A stretch of DNA of 64,000 nucleotides. Source: Octopus sinensis. Lineage: Eukaryota. Position 1 is the first letter of the stretch. Each line of letters begins with the position of its first letter. The position numbers and the translations under genes were made by a program. The notes under the pieces are model-generated. The model saw nothing but the letters and a program-made list of their open reading frames with translations, was not told the origin of the DNA and did not search any database. Location of the stretch: NCBI RefSeq assembly GCF_006345805.1, contig NW_021833741.1:9613-73612 (forward strand), written 5' to 3'. This document shows positions 13,815 through 29,315 of the stretch, one piece after another.

Positions 13815-14012
13815 TAAGGCGGCGGTGAATAGCTGGCAGAAACGTTAGCATACCGGGCGAAATGCTTAGCGGTATTTCATGTCTTTACGTTCTGAGTTCA
13901 AATTCCGCCGAGGTCGACTTTGCCTCTCATAAATTAAGTACCAGTTGCGTACTGGGGTCGATCTAATCGCCTGGCCCGCTCCTCCAAAATTTCGGGCCTT
14001 GTGCCTAGAGTA
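13815..14012 (+). mobile_element. SINE family B monomer (tail 2)
   Basis: TAAGGCGGCG..GCTGGCAGAAACGTTAGC head with a partly deleted core and a CTTGTGCCTAGAGTAGAA tail. Confidence 0.85.
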
Positions 14013-14114
14013 GAAGAGAATATATGTGTGTACTTGTATATATATAGATATACAGGTATATGTATATATACATATAAGCATACACACACACACACACACA
14101 CACAAACACACACA

Positions 14115-14153
<39 letters not shown>

Positions 14154-14662
14154 ACACATATATATACATATGTCTATGCATATACATATATTTTATACCT
14201 GTGTATGTTTATACATGTATGCGTGTGTATTCGTGTGCGCATGTGCACACACACACACGCGCGCATGATTGGCTCTTTCTCCCTACATTCTCTCTCTCTT
14301 CCTTTCTCTCTCTCTCTCTCACTCTCTCCCCCTCTCCCTTTAACTCCTTGTCTTCCGGCATCTTTGTCTGCCTCCCTGGCTTCATCTCTAACTCTTAGCT
14401 ATCTCCTTTGTTCAAGACTTCACGTATCAGACCATGCTGGAGCACCATGCTTTACCCACTCTCCCCTCACTCCCCTAATCCTTCTTTCGAGAGTTGCCTC
14501 TTCCCCCCCCCTGTTTCCACATGTTTCCTTAGTTTTCTCGTCCCCATGATGATAATGATGATGATGATGATGATGACGATTTTAAAAGTTTGTTTTTCTT
14601 TCTGTTGAAGTTAATTTGTTATTGTTGTTGTCGACATTTGAATCAGGCATTGTTTTATGTCA

Positions 14663-14684
<22 letters not shown>

Positions 14685-14693
<9 letters not shown>

Positions 14694-14940
14694 CTTTCTA
14701 CTAAAGGCGAAAGGCCTGAAATTTGGTGGTGGTGGTGGTGGTAGGATGGGATGTGGGCGGATTGAGTAAGTCAATATATATATATATATAGACCCCAACG
14801 TTCAACTGGTATTTATTTTATCGACCACCGAAAGGATGAAAGGCAAAGTCGACCTCGGTGGAATTCGAACTCAGAACGTAAAGACAGACGGAATACTATT
14901 AAGCATTTTACCCGGCATGCTAACGATTCTACCAGCTCAC
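14685..14940 (-). mobile_element. SINE family B monomer (tail 2)
   Basis: Reverse-complement head and core, with microsatellite expansions in the tail. Confidence 0.8.
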
Positions 14941-16528
14941 AGAACAACAACAACAACAACAGCAATAATAATAATAATGATGATGATGATGATGATAATA
15001 ATAATAATAGTAATAGTAATAATGAAGACAACAACAACAACGAATGTGGTCGTTGGTTATGGCGTCGTCTGCTATCAGACTTACGTCATTGTTGGACGGC
15101 GACAAGATGAAAGCGAGACAGGGCAGAAGACTTAGAAAGATAAAGACGCGAACGTGGACGAAGACAAAGACTGAGAGGAGGAGGAGGAGGCGATTTGAAA
15201 GTGAAAGTGAAAGTGAGATGGAGGAAACAAAGGAAAGGTAGGAGCACAGTAAGAGAGAGAGAGAGAGAGAGGTTGGGGAGAGAGAGAGGAGAGTGAAGGG
15301 AGGTGACATATTCATTACAATATCGCCAAAGATCAAAGTTAATTGATTTCACGTTTTTCCTTAGATCTGTTTAATCACAACTACGACCGCCACTTGTATT
15401 ACCACGGTGATGATGATGATGATAATTGCCCCACAACCACCACCACCACCACCACCGTCGCGCCGCCATCATCATCATCATCGTCGTCGTCGTCATCGTC
15501 GTCATCATCGTCACCATCATCTCATTGATTAAACATTCAATTGAAAGATATATATTCCTTCGTATTAAAAACAACCTCAAATACACGAACAAATACGCAA
15601 GCCACGAAGTTTCACATTCGCGCACGAGCACAGTGATTCATATCTCCGAATATTCCATAAAAGCAAAAAGCAAAACAAGAAACTCAGCTCGGTTTAGTAT
15701 TGAAACCACGACATTGAAATCATTAAGAAACGTTTCCTCATCGTCAATATCACCAGATATTCGATAATAACGCCTTCAAATTTTCGTATCCACTGCCCCA
15801 AATTTGGTCGTAGCCTGCTATAACAGATATAAAGTTAGTAAACATCTACAGCTACCCTCTAAAATCTATCTGTACGAGATAACTAGGAGTATTGTATATC
15901 AATGTTTAGAAACTACCAACGACACTCTAAAAACTTAACGTCGGTGGGACCTCAGACCTCTTTAAATAACGCTTCCTATATTCTGTTGTGTCTGGGGAGA
16001 GTCCTTTTCTTTTTGTGCCTTATAATGTAACACACTCACCGGTGAAATTTCTACTTATTTCTTATTTTTTTATTTTCCTAAAATTTTCGCTGCGTCTTGC
16101 AACTTTTTCAATAGTCTTGACTCTGTCCGTTATTTACACTGCGTTCCCTTTTGTTTGTTTGTGCACATGTCTGTGGGTCAGTGTGTGTGTGTGCCTATGC
16201 ATGCATGTACGTATGTATGCATGTGTATGTATATATGTGTGTGTATGCATATGTATATATGTATGTGTGTGCATCTGTATGTATGTATCCTGCATATTCA
16301 TGTGCTTGTATGTCCGTGTTTGTGTACTTTTTATGTATGTGTGTGTGAGAGCGTGTGTTTGTATATGTATGCACCTCTGTGTCCTTGTGTGAAGTAAAGT
16401 GTGTGTGTGTGTATATATGGTCATGTGTTTCACTCTTCCATTTGCGTATGTGTGCTTGTCTGTTCATATAACCTATCTACCTATCCGTCTGTATGTTGAT
16501 CTGTTTATTTTCATATCCATATGCTTAC

Positions 16529-16587
<59 letters not shown>

Positions 16588-17575
16588 GCTTCCTATATGA
16601 CTTCCTATATTAGCTTGTTAAAACATAATAATACACCACATCATCTTAAATGGAGAATACTTTCAAAATGTTTCTTATAGTCATTGTACAATGGAAGCGT
16701 GACATCCTTTCATCTAAGGCCCCATTTCTCAACTGCCATTCAAAAGATTCCGAGCTACATTCAGACAAAATTTAAGTCGTTTGCATTTTACAAATCGATT
16801 ATTTAATATCACGAAAGATGCGCGACTGTACATTAGTTTGTGTGTTTATGCATTATTCTGTCCTATATTCCATTCATAAAATATCTCACGTTCTTAATCC
16901 TTAGCGAATAGTCTGTCACCTTCTCCATTATTTAAGACTTGAAATCGATAAACATTAAGTTTGAAGTTTCTGCTGCTGCTTTGTTATTTTCGAAGCATTG
17001 TAGGTTACACATGTCTTGAGCAGATGAACATCCTACAGAACCGGGTCGAACAACATACTGCAATTAAAACGAAGGCTTTTTGGATAAGCATCGAAGTAGA
17101 GCTAATTTTATCACAGCTCTTCATAGACGTTGACCGGTTAAAGAAGATGGTGTTGCCAAAAATCTCACTATTAATATCTTATAACACACATGACATGTTG
17201 CAATAGAGCTTTACTAAAGGTAGATTTCCGAGCAATGCTACTCTTCTGGCATGGAATAAACCGTTTTACAAGCGCCAACACATTCATACCCCGTACGAGG
17301 GCCAAGTCCGTAACAATGGACAAGAGCTTTCCATCTGCATTTGATTATCACGAATATGGAGAGACTGTTGTGGGAGCCATTTTATTCAACAAGATGTGGG
17401 TTTTCAAGGGCCGGGCGAAAGCTCAATTACCTCATGTGACTCTCACCAACAAAAATAAGTAAACTAGTGACCGGCCCGCTGGACACCTAAAACCAACGAA
17501 GCTATTGATCATGTTATGTCTATTTGTACTTTTACATGTGTAAATATACTTATGTGCCCGCACTCTCTCTCTGTG

Positions 17576-17636
<61 letters not shown>

Positions 17637-17683
17637 ATGTATATATATATGTGTGTGTGTGTGTGTGTATGTATATATATATG

Positions 17684-17742
<59 letters not shown>

Positions 17743-17752
17743 ATATATATAT

Positions 17753-17809
<57 letters not shown>

Positions 17810-17812
<3 letters not shown>

Positions 17813-18975
17813 AGAATGAATGTTTTTATATATAATGAACGTGAAATACAGGAGGGACGAACACGGAACACAGACAAATCATTCGAAGCCTTCAATCTTC
17901 AGTCAGACACACCGAATCATCATAGCAAATTTCGGCTGTTCAATTCTGATATTTGCTCCAACTCGGCCAGCCCCAAGAAAAAAAACTAAGCTGTAAGCAT
18001 TAGATTTCTTGGTAGAAGACAGGAATGTGAACGCACAAGACGGATGTAAATACAAGAGACGAAAACGAAATTGAAAACAGTAATGAATAAACAAAATATA
18101 TATAACGGTGGTTGTCATACGACTTTAGAACAAATGAGACAAAAACAACAACAACATAGCTGGCGTAGAAATAATTACCGTTTCGGTAGCGGGGACACAT
18201 GTTGGTCGAGATACGATGGCCAACAGAATGGTTTAAGAAGCAGCAGGTTGCAGGAGAGAGAGAGAAAGAGAGACAGAGAGAGAGGGAATCAAAGAGGGTG
18301 GAAGGCAGGGGACAGAATCAGTGACCAAGAGAAAAGGAGAAAGAAGGGATTAAGGAGGATGGGAGGAAGAGGGGAGGAGGATGGGAGGAAGAGAGGAAGA
18401 ATCGGAGGGCGCCAAAAAGTTTGGTGAAGAAGCAATGGCGGGTAGGAAAGACAGTGTGTATAGAGTCGTGCAGGGTTAAAATTGGACAAACAAACGGGGG
18501 GGGGGGGGTGCACGTAACGCCGCAATAATATAAGAATGAATGTTTTTATATATAATGAACGTGAAATACAGGAAGGGACGAACACGGAACACAGACAAAT
18601 CATTCGAAGCCTTCAATCTTCAGTCAGACACCGAATCATCATAGCAAATTCGGCTGTTCAATTCTGATATTTGCTCCAACTCGGCCAGCCCCAGAAAAAA
18701 AAACTAAGCTGTAAGCATTAGATTTCTTGGTAGAAGACAGGAATGTGAACGCACAGACGGATGTAAAAAACAAGAGACGAAAACGAAATTGAAAACAGTA
18801 ATGAATAAACAAAATATATATAACGGTGGTTGTCATACGACTTTAGACCAAATGAGACAAAAACAACAACACATAGCTGGCGTAGAAATAATTACCGTTT
18901 CGGTAGCGGGGACACATGTTGGTCGAGATACGAAGGCAACAGAATGGTTTAAGAAGCAGCAGTTGCAGGAGAGAG
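17810..18975. repeat. near-tandem duplication of about 450 bp (17810-18262 / 18530-18975)
   Basis: aagaatgaatgtttttata...cagcag.ttgcaggagagagag occurs twice, differing by small indels. Confidence 0.93.
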
Positions 18976-19016
18976 AGGTATATATATATATATATATACA
19001 TATATATGTATATATA

Positions 19017-19090
<74 letters not shown>

Positions 19091-19389
19091 GTATATATAT
19101 ATCTATATATATATGTTTAACTTTCAGGAACTAAAGAATATTTTTACGTTGGACTTTCCTCCATCGAAATAAAGAAAAAAAAACGCATGGCTAACCAATT
19201 TTTTATTATTTATATTAATAAACGTAATACTACAGGTCTTAGTTAGTAAACTAATTTGGCATCTCAAAGACTGTAATAAACAATTTTCTTTGCATGGGAA
19301 AATTTTTTCAAAGGGGATTCTTTTTGCTCTCTTTGTCTCTTTGTCCGGACGAACAACTATTCATCCTTTTTTTCCAAACACACACTGGT

Positions 19390-20290
19390 CATCGCCTATA
19401 AAGAGCGTGTTTACATGTGTTTACATTGGAAAAAAACACACTTTCAGCTATTTCGAATATTAGTTGCAACTTTCGCTTTATTCTTTTCATCCAAGATTGT
19501 TCGTCTTCGTTGATGACCAGAGTTTCTTCGATGACGTCATCATTCGTACCCGACATTAGTTCTCTCAATATAGCTGATGTAGAATTCCCACCAAACGCAT
19601 TGCCCGACTTGTAGAAGATAGTGAGTGTCTGGCGATATTCCATGTGCCAGGTGCCCAGTCTTGGTTTTTTCCCTGAATTATGACTGCGTTCCATTAAGGA
19701 AATGAGCTACGCGAAAAAGTGTCTCACAAACAGTAACCGCTTTCCGCCCCCCCCCCCAAAAAAAAGTCAGCAGATAGTCTAGCCTCAGGGTGTTCTCAGC
19801 CTCGGCATGCCGAATCCATCTTCCAGAAAATGCTAGCAAAAGACGCACCGCTTGATCACTAGAGCTCCTCCATTCCACATGAAATGGGGACTGGAGAATA
19901 GCTCAACGCTCAGGAGGTAAGTTATGCAGAAGGCGATGTAAGCATTTGCCGGTTCTGCTCGACATTGCCCAAATAGTTTCCTCTCTGGTCATTTCTGAGT
20001 GAAGGTTGCCACAATGTTCGTAACCTCGTTCAGGCTTCTGACCAACAGGGATCAGGGCCGAAAAAGATGCCGAGCTGTTTGACCAGTTCATCTGCTCAGC
20101 GACTTTCGATGCTATCCAACGGCATAAACTTACCTGTGCAGGTGTCGAGCAGTAGCTGGAGAGCCAGCACATACAGAAGAAACGAGCGGGGAGATCGCTA
20201 ACGGACCGAACGGAAGTGGCGATTTACTTTGAACGGTGGATAAGCGCCTCTCTAAGTCTGTGCATTGCGGCGATCCAGTGTATGAAAATC
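19390..20290 (-). mobile_element. degraded L1/Tx1-clade LINE RT fragment
   Basis: Broken frames SVR*RSPRSFLLYVLALQLLL (cf. RQGCPLSPLLYVLALEPLL), LVKQLGIFFGPD and EDGFGMPRL..RLDYL (cf. GGLGMP). Confidence 0.6.
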
Positions 20291-20451
20291 GGCTGCTTTT
20301 AGGGCAAAAAGGAGGAGGAGAGAATGTGAGCGTATGTGCGTGTATGTTATGTATGTATATATATATCTGTTTCTACATAAATAACACACACACACACATA
20401 TATATGTATGTATATATTATATGTATATATGTGTATATATACATATATATG

Positions 20452-20500
<49 letters not shown>

Positions 20501-20507
20501 TATATAT

Positions 20508-20548
<41 letters not shown>

Positions 20549-20670
20549 TATATGTTACAATGTATATATATATATGTTACATATATATATATATAATGTA
20601 CTGTATATATATATGTTACATATATATATAATGTATATATATATATATATATATAATATATGTATATATA

Positions 20671-20748
<78 letters not shown>

Positions 20749-22907
20749 CATGTATATATACTATATATATATATACACGCCACAGTTCATAGGCTGAATA
20801 AACAAAGAGTTAAGTTGAACATTAAAATATAAATAACAACAACAAATGTTTCTAGAACCTTCTGGAAAATTCGATTGTTCCCATTTGACAGGCGGCCCCT
20901 ACACCCCCCCCCCGTCGCCCATTTACTTTATCAAACGATCCATTTAGCTCTAAACCATCACTAAAAGCCCCATAATCGTAGCAAAGAAAGAATCACAAGA
21001 CAACATCACTTATCCTCCCCATTAACAGCATCCGTTAGACAGCAGCAGATATGGTTGTCAATGGCGACGCTATGTATGTCTTCTGTCTTGAAAACAACAA
21101 CAATATATAAATTTAGAATGAACAACAACAACAACAACAGCACTTATGGCCTGGACAGATTAAGTTCAATGACCCTCTCTGATTCGTCTTCGTTTACCGA
21201 TTCCAACAACAATCGCCGCCAATTCTTCACAAATCTCCACTGTTTCACACGCTCCTATTTTTTTATTGTTTTATTTCGCACAGACATACAGACAGACAGG
21301 CTGAAAGAATGGAAAAGAAGAGAAAATATGGCATACACACACTGACGCATGTGTTGGAGACATACGCATACGCGACACACACACACACACAAAAGCAGAA
21401 TGCAAAACTTGCCACGTAAAATCTATTGATTTAGACCCATTAAAATGTGCGTTGTGAAGTTCATGCCTGTCTAGTTTCCACACACACATATACACACAAA
21501 CAGACACACACTGAATCACACACACACATGCACAAGTTAAAATTGTTTCCAAATATACAGAAACAACGAATATTGACTGAATAAAGGACTCAAGACAGAC
21601 ATAAAAAACCAATATTTATTATAAATTTGTTGATAGTGACTTCGAATTTTCGCAGGAGGTTGCTTGCTTATTGAAATGTAATAAATATTTAAAGACACGA
21701 CCGAACGACGGTTAAATATTCTAAAAGCTTTTTTAACCCTTTCAAAACAAGAAGGGAACAACAAATAATAGGGTCCGAGATATAAGAACTCTGTTGCTTG
21801 GTTTAGTCAGTGTACTGCGGCCATACTGGGGCTGGGCACCGCCTCGAGGATACCTGTAATATAGGTGGGATGGCGGTAGGGCGAAACGGTACGTGCTGAA
21901 CTGACATCTTGGGAAATGAAATGTCACCCAGCATCTTAAAAAGACAAAAAGAATGTAGAGAATAATGTAATATGGAAATGTATGAATCTAAGATGAGATG
22001 GTCACGGCTGGAACATCTTTGATCATTATAAAAATGTCAGTTCAGAAACAAACTGGGAACTAACAACAACAACGACATCACCATCAACAAAAATATCAAC
22101 AAAAAAATAACAGCAGCAACAGCAACAACAACAGTAACGACAGACTGACTAGAAATAAGCCAACGAAAGAGCTTCTATGTGGTCATTTGACGGCTGAAAA
22201 GAGCAACCAAACCTCCCTCAAATTACTCACTGGCATCTTTAAAAACGAAGGACACATTGGGCATCGTAGTCGGAGATATTCAAAAAGATTAAACAACCAT
22301 TATTGGAACATATTTGACTGTAGGCTTTGTGGATAGGGCTTGACCTGGGGCTAAATAATTACAACAATAAGAGCAACATTGATCAACACTCTTAATCTAA
22401 TCGAAAGCAAGAAAGAAAGAGAGAGAGAGAGGGAGAGGGGGAGAGGGGTAGGTGAGAGAGAAAGAAGAACTATATACTAAACTAGGAGTAGAACTCAATA
22501 TTGAATAATTGCAAGAAGCGAAGGAATGGCAATCCTAGAAAGGACAAACCCGAAGCCTTATCAATGCCTTATAAATCCTAAATCAGCAAAAAATTTATTG
22601 AGTCTCTTGGACTTCATTGAAGAGATTCTGGATAAAATAAACCGTTATTGGTGTGTTTTAGGATCTCCATATTTATCTTAGGATTGGCAGGACAAAAGAG
22701 TGCAAACGGAACGGACAGTGAGGAGAGGATGAGGAGAGAGAGAGGGAGAGAGAAAGAAAGAGTTTAAAATGGAGGGGGGGATAAATGATAAGGAGTGTTC
22801 GACAGATAAATATAAATATATAAGAAGAAAAAGAATGAAAAAAAATTGAGAGGGGAAGAAATTATAGAGAGATAGTTAGCAATATCAAAAGAAATGGAAA
22901 GAAAGAG

Positions 22908-22942
<35 letters not shown>

Positions 22943-23019
22943 ATCACAAAGACCATTTATTATTTGTTTATTTAAAGAATTAATCCGTGTGTACACTTCA
23001 TTGAAATATTTGCATATTT

Positions 23020-23520
23020 CCGGTCCAATGGCGGCGGTATCGATTTTAATGGCACAGATTTAACTGGGTGTCACGTTTGTTTGCCAGACTGCGAGGCACG
23101 TGTGTCAAGGGTGACACCAAGATGAAACACAGAAAGACAGACAGACAGACACACCACACACACGCGCGCACACACGCATACACATTTATATAGACATAGA
23201 TAAATAGAAAATGAGAAAAGAGAGATAACGATAGAGAGAATGGAAAAGAAAAGTGACATGAAAGGAAGGCAGAATGACAAGATGGAAGTATTTGACGGTA
23301 ACACCGGAAATCGTCTGTTAGGCTGATGACGTCATTGCTCAGTAAACATTTTGGAAATCTAAACTAACGAAGACTTCTTTCTTTCCTCTCTTCTTCACTT
23401 CTATTTGTTGTATAACCGGAAACGGAAGAAGTCACGACAAATAAAACTGTCGTCTGCTTACAATCAATTCGACAAACATTCCCAGTATTTCAAAGAGTCG
23501 GTCGTTATGGCGATAGTATC
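23020..23520. promoter_or_regulatory. candidate promoter/enhancer-like unique sequence
   Basis: CCAAT next to ATGGCGGC (YY1-like), TGACGTCA at 23327-23334 and several CCGGAA/CGGAAG (ETS-like) sites in non-repetitive, CpG-containing DNA. Confidence 0.35.
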
Positions 23521-24159
23521 GGCTGCAAGTTTAATCAATGGCAAGGATTTGATAGAAATAGTTAAAACAAGGAAGAACTAAAGAAGAAAAAAGCAAAGAC
23601 CGAGAAGGCATGCTTGCCATGGCATCTCACATAATTTTCAGCCATAAATATATATATTTCAGCCATAAATATATCTAAATATATCTAAATATATCTAAAT
23701 ATATGTTTTCAGCCATAAATATAACTATGACTACATTAAGTAAATGTGCCCTTTTTTATTTTTAAATATGTTTTGGTGTGATTTGATATCTAGATCGCAA
23801 TTTAATAGATAAATCATGAATTGACACAAAGACCCCCATTTAATGCAGATCATTAGATATATCGATGGCCATCATCGCTTCGTAGTTGCTTTCCCATCTG
23901 TCACTTTCCTTTGCCAGATGGTCAACATAGTTGGTGGTCATCGTTATATTCTTCTGATCTTTTTTTATGTAATTTTGCAGCCGAGCCTTTTATGGCGTTC
24001 TTTTGTGTGATTTCCTCTTTTACAGCCGAAGAGGTACGATTTATTACGACAATCTTGAACAACACACACACACACACACACTACATATATATATATATAC
24101 ACACACACACATACACACACTACATATATACACATATACATATATAACTAGATGTATAT

Positions 24160-24209
<50 letters not shown>

Positions 24210-24213
24210 CACA

Positions 24214-25085
24214 CACGGTGTGGTGAATAAATTGTCGTCTAGATTACGCAAAAATGAAAATAACACTGACGTCTCATTTTAACAGATATGTTTACCAAAG
24301 TTACATTAAAATATCTTGAAATCCTAAAGAGTAAATTTATTCAATAAAATCGCCGTTGGCTTCAACCACGGCCTCCAGACGGCTTTAGAATTTCCTACAA
24401 CTCTTCTGGGTGGTCTCCTTGTTTAAGTTGGTAAATGCTGCTATAATTCTTGCCTTCAGTTCATCTTTGGTGTTACAAGGAGTTTTGTTGGTCTCTCATT
24501 CAACTGCGCCCCACACGTAGTAACTAAGGGGGTTGCAGCTTGGGGAGTTTGGTAGCCAGATGTTAGGGGTGATGTGGCCACAGAAATTGTCAGACAGCCA
24601 TGACTGGGTTCTCCTGTGACATAGTCCAGAGTCCTGTTGCCAGACATAGGGTCTTCCAGCAGCTACCCTCTCGACTCAGGGCAGCACTACCTCCTCCAGG
24701 CAGTTGATGTAGGCCTCTGTGTTGAGTGTGAGGCCGTGTGGGGAGATGAATGGAGGCATAACGTCATCATCACTATAGTGACCGCTCATCATCACTTTCG
24801 TTATCCCCATTAGTCTCATCCAACTCTTTCTGAATCCTTTGCACTCTCCTCAGATTCACACCCAAACACTCTGAAATGTTTGTATTGGAGCTTCCGGCGT
24901 GAATGCCAAGCAATACAGCACGTCGTTTCCAAATTTCTGGCTGAGTTAATTGTATCATGGTGTTGTTTTTCTCACAGACGGTGCCCAACCGACCATACTA
25001 TAGTGTATTGTCGACAAAATCAAAAACAGTGCATATGCGCAAAATTAAAAATATAGAATGGTGACAATTTATCTATCGCACCCTG
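24214..25085 (-). mobile_element. Tc1/mariner (maT/DD37D-like) DNA transposon with a large internal deletion
   Basis: HTH N-terminus RRAVLLGIHAGSSNTNISECLGVNL is fused to DVMPPFI..YVWQQDS..IWLPNSPSCNPLSYYVWG..VVEANGDFIE*. Imperfect TIRs are CACGGTGTGGTGAATAAATTGTC and CAGGGTGCGATAGATAAATTGTC, with TA at the right end. Confidence 0.88.
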
Positions 25086-25093
25086 TATGTATG

Positions 25094-25149
<56 letters not shown>

Positions 25150-25439
25150 TATACATGTATACACACATACTTATACATGTACACATACACACATATAAAT
25201 GCAAACACACATACCACGATGTGAAAATAATTTTTCCAGTTTCTTTAAGCTATCATTAAGAACCAGAACTTTCTGACATAAATCTTACACCCACATCCAT
25301 ATATACGTACATGCACATATATACACATATATACGTACATCCAAATATACACATATTTACAATACATACAAACATACATATTTGTGCATTACATAAAGAG
25401 AATTAATCTGTTCCTTTTCAAAGCTAGACCATTTCTCAT

Positions 25440-25770
25440 TAGATATGCTTTTCCCGTGTGTGAGCACGTAAGTGGCCTTTGGGTACCAAGAACTGTTTGA
25501 AATTTGCATTACAAGCAGTGCAAATATATGTCTCACATGAAGTTGTACCATGTTGTTTGTCTGGTCTGATTTGTGGATGTTTAAATGCCTTTTCAGAGCA
25601 GTACAGGACTGGTATATCTTATAACAAAGATGGCATGAGACCGTATCTCCTGGAATGATGTGCAAATGACACGAATGACACAAAACCATGTAGGATGAGT
25701 TTTCAGATGCGAAAACTCATGTGGTAAGATTTTTTTTTCTGGAAATTCTTGCCACATGTTTAGTAAGATG
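25440..25770 (-). pseudogene. degraded triple C2H2 zinc-finger sequence (LINE tail or ZNF pseudogene)
   Basis: Across frameshifts: *TCGKNF..SHLKTH, CHLCYKIYQSCTALKRHLNIH and CTACNANFKQFLVPKGHLRAH; no TGEKP linkers. Confidence 0.55.
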
Positions 25771-26429
25771 TTATCTCCCCATAGTTCTCGTTTCATACTT
25801 CAAAATCCCTTACTTTAGGCAAGATCTTTTTTTGCCATTCATTTCTGCCAAGATCAATAGACTCCCTATCTGCCTGGGGTGGGGCGTTCAACCCCCTCAA
25901 CCGTATTAAATCGCCAGCCCCACCCCCATCTGACTGGAAACTAGATTAGTGTGAATTAATGAAATTTATGCTCTCTCCAAAACACACATACATATATGCA
26001 AATATGTGTGTGTGTTTGTTTGCTTGTGTGCGTGCGTGTGCGTGTTTACGTGTGTGCAGTTTAAAATTGCACTTGGTGCTTTCTTCCATTGCATCTGCAG
26101 TATCAGTTCTGATAAAACTTTCTGAGATGCTTAAGTGGTTTTAGAAAAAAAAACGGTCTTTAGATATTACACCTCGCAACATCCTTGCAGCAACTGGAAG
26201 CTTTCACAGAAAATTTAATTTTGGAAGGGTGTATCTCAGAATGAATGAGATAAGAGGAAGCTTAAGTTCAGTGCAAACAGCTTTTGGGATTTCGAATGTT
26301 ATTATTCAGACTGTATCTATTAAATAACGGAAGTAAATATATCAACCAAGTGCTCAAATATGAAGTGAATAATACCTCGTGGGTCGGCAGTGAACTCTTC
26401 AAAAAGTACTCAGTTCTCGACGAGTTGCC

Positions 26430-26600
26430 ATGCCAACCCAAAAGTACAGTCTCCCAAAGGCAGTTTTCTCTGCTGAACTGTGTCGGGGCAGGAGGAGCCG
26501 TAGTGGCCGGAGTCTGCGATACAGGGATGTGCTGAAGAGACATATGAAGGACTCTGGCATTTCCCCCGACACCTGGGAGGAGAAGGCCCTGCACCAATCA
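26430..26600 (+). mobile_element. RTE-clade LINE 3' fragment
   Basis: LPKAVFSAELCRGRRSRSGRSLRYRDVLKRHMKDSGISPDTWEEKAL matches the RTE C-terminal pattern. Confidence 0.75.
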
Positions 26601-26615
26601 CTGAATCTCGTAATT

Positions 26616-26670
<55 letters not shown>

Positions 26671-26784
26671 ATATATAATATTATATATATATTATATATA
26701 TATATATATTATATAATATATATATATATATATATGTATTATATATATATATTATATATATATATACATATATATATAGTATAT

Positions 26785-26834
<50 letters not shown>

Positions 26835-26997
26835 TGCATCTGTGTTTCTCCCCTCCTGCATTGCTTGACAAGCGATGATGGTATGTTTACGTTCCCGTAA
26901 CTTAGCGGTTCGGCAAAATAGAATATATACTAGGCTTACAAAGAATAAGTCCTGGGGTCGATTTGCTCTTCTAAAGGTGGAGATCCAGCATGGATAT

Positions 26998-27036
<39 letters not shown>

Positions 27037-27047
27037 TGTATCAAACT

Positions 27048-27093
27048 AGTCTGATAAGTGCTAACGCACGAAACTCTCGGGGCTTGAGTCACT
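27048..27093 (+). ncRNA. type-I hammerhead-like motif with A at core position 8
   Basis: AGT CTGATAA GTGC TAAC GCAC GAA ACTC TCGGGGCTT GAGT C ACT: perfect stems II and III, GUC triplet, 3-bp stem I. Confidence 0.55.
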
Positions 27094-27166
27094 CTGTGAC
27101 TTCTGCCAAATATTAACAAAGATATACATATACTCTTATTTTGAAAACTATTTGCATCACCATACC

Positions 27167-27209
<43 letters not shown>

Positions 27210-27218
27210 TATATAATA

Positions 27219-27263
<45 letters not shown>

Positions 27264-27378
27264 ACACACACACATACATGCAGATGTAAACCTTTCTAAA
27301 AAGTTTACCGTTTTTGTATATGTCCAGACATGCATCGAGAATGTATGAGATTTCGTACATGAAACAAACCCTAGAAAT

Positions 27379-27445
<67 letters not shown>

Positions 27446-27729
27446 CATCTATCGTGTTGATGCTGATGGAATTCCAGTGGGGCTTCAATGTTGCTTACAA
27501 AACCGGTTCTGCAAGTAAATCAAAATAATAACATATATATAGATTAATCCACATACACATAAATAAATATTTCCGTCCACCCATCCATATAAACGTACAC
27601 ACCCACACACCCATGCACACGAAACACAAGGAGACAGTTTCATGTGCAATGGAAAGGACAAAAAACACCATGCAAACAAACAACAAAAAGCAATATGGAA
27701 GTGTGCAATATGAAGTATGGATGTATGAA

Positions 27730-28765
<1,036 letters not shown>

Positions 28766-28891
28766 ATTCTATGTAAATAAAATAGGAAAAATTGCGTTTC
28801 CCCTCGCAAGTAGGTATCACTTGTTGAAAAGACATGCAACACATCATCGTGCGGCTGTTATGATAGTCATTAGGTGTGGAATGCGAACACG

Positions 28892-28926
<35 letters not shown>

Positions 28927-29029
28927 TGGACAGGAGAGACAGATAGAGAGAGGTAGAGAAAGCGAGAGAGAGAGACAAAAAGAAATGCGAGAGCGCGAGA
29001 GGGAGGTGGTGGGGGAATACGCGAAGCAA

Positions 29030-29165
29030 GCAACATGTCCGCCATGACAAAAGATTATCTGTCACGGTTGATTGGTGAGGGAATGTTAAAGACGAAGCTA
29101 TGCGCTCTGATGCTCTGATACGGTCACCGTCACCGCCGTGACGTCACCATAACTGCGCTCTACAT
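29030..29165. promoter_or_regulatory. candidate regulatory element
   Basis: CCGCCATG, GATTGG (reverse CCAAT) and TGACGTCA at 29139-29146, clustered between two GA/CT tracts. Confidence 0.3.
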
Positions 29166-29281
29166 ATTTCATCTCTTTGTCATAACTTTTCCTTTTGTCT
29201 GCCGCGTCTGTCTGTCTTTTGCGTGTCTGTCTGTCTGCCTGTCTTTTTGATCCTTTATACTTTCACTTCTTTATCTTTGCC

Positions 29282-29315
<34 letters not shown>

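Noticed and set aside
16950-17460. two 80-90 aa ORFs in complex sequence
   Set aside because: No recognisable motif in any frame I read; probably an old TE relic.
23320-23365. CTGATGA followed by GAAA
   Set aside because: No pairing stems; the word overlaps the TGACGTCA site.
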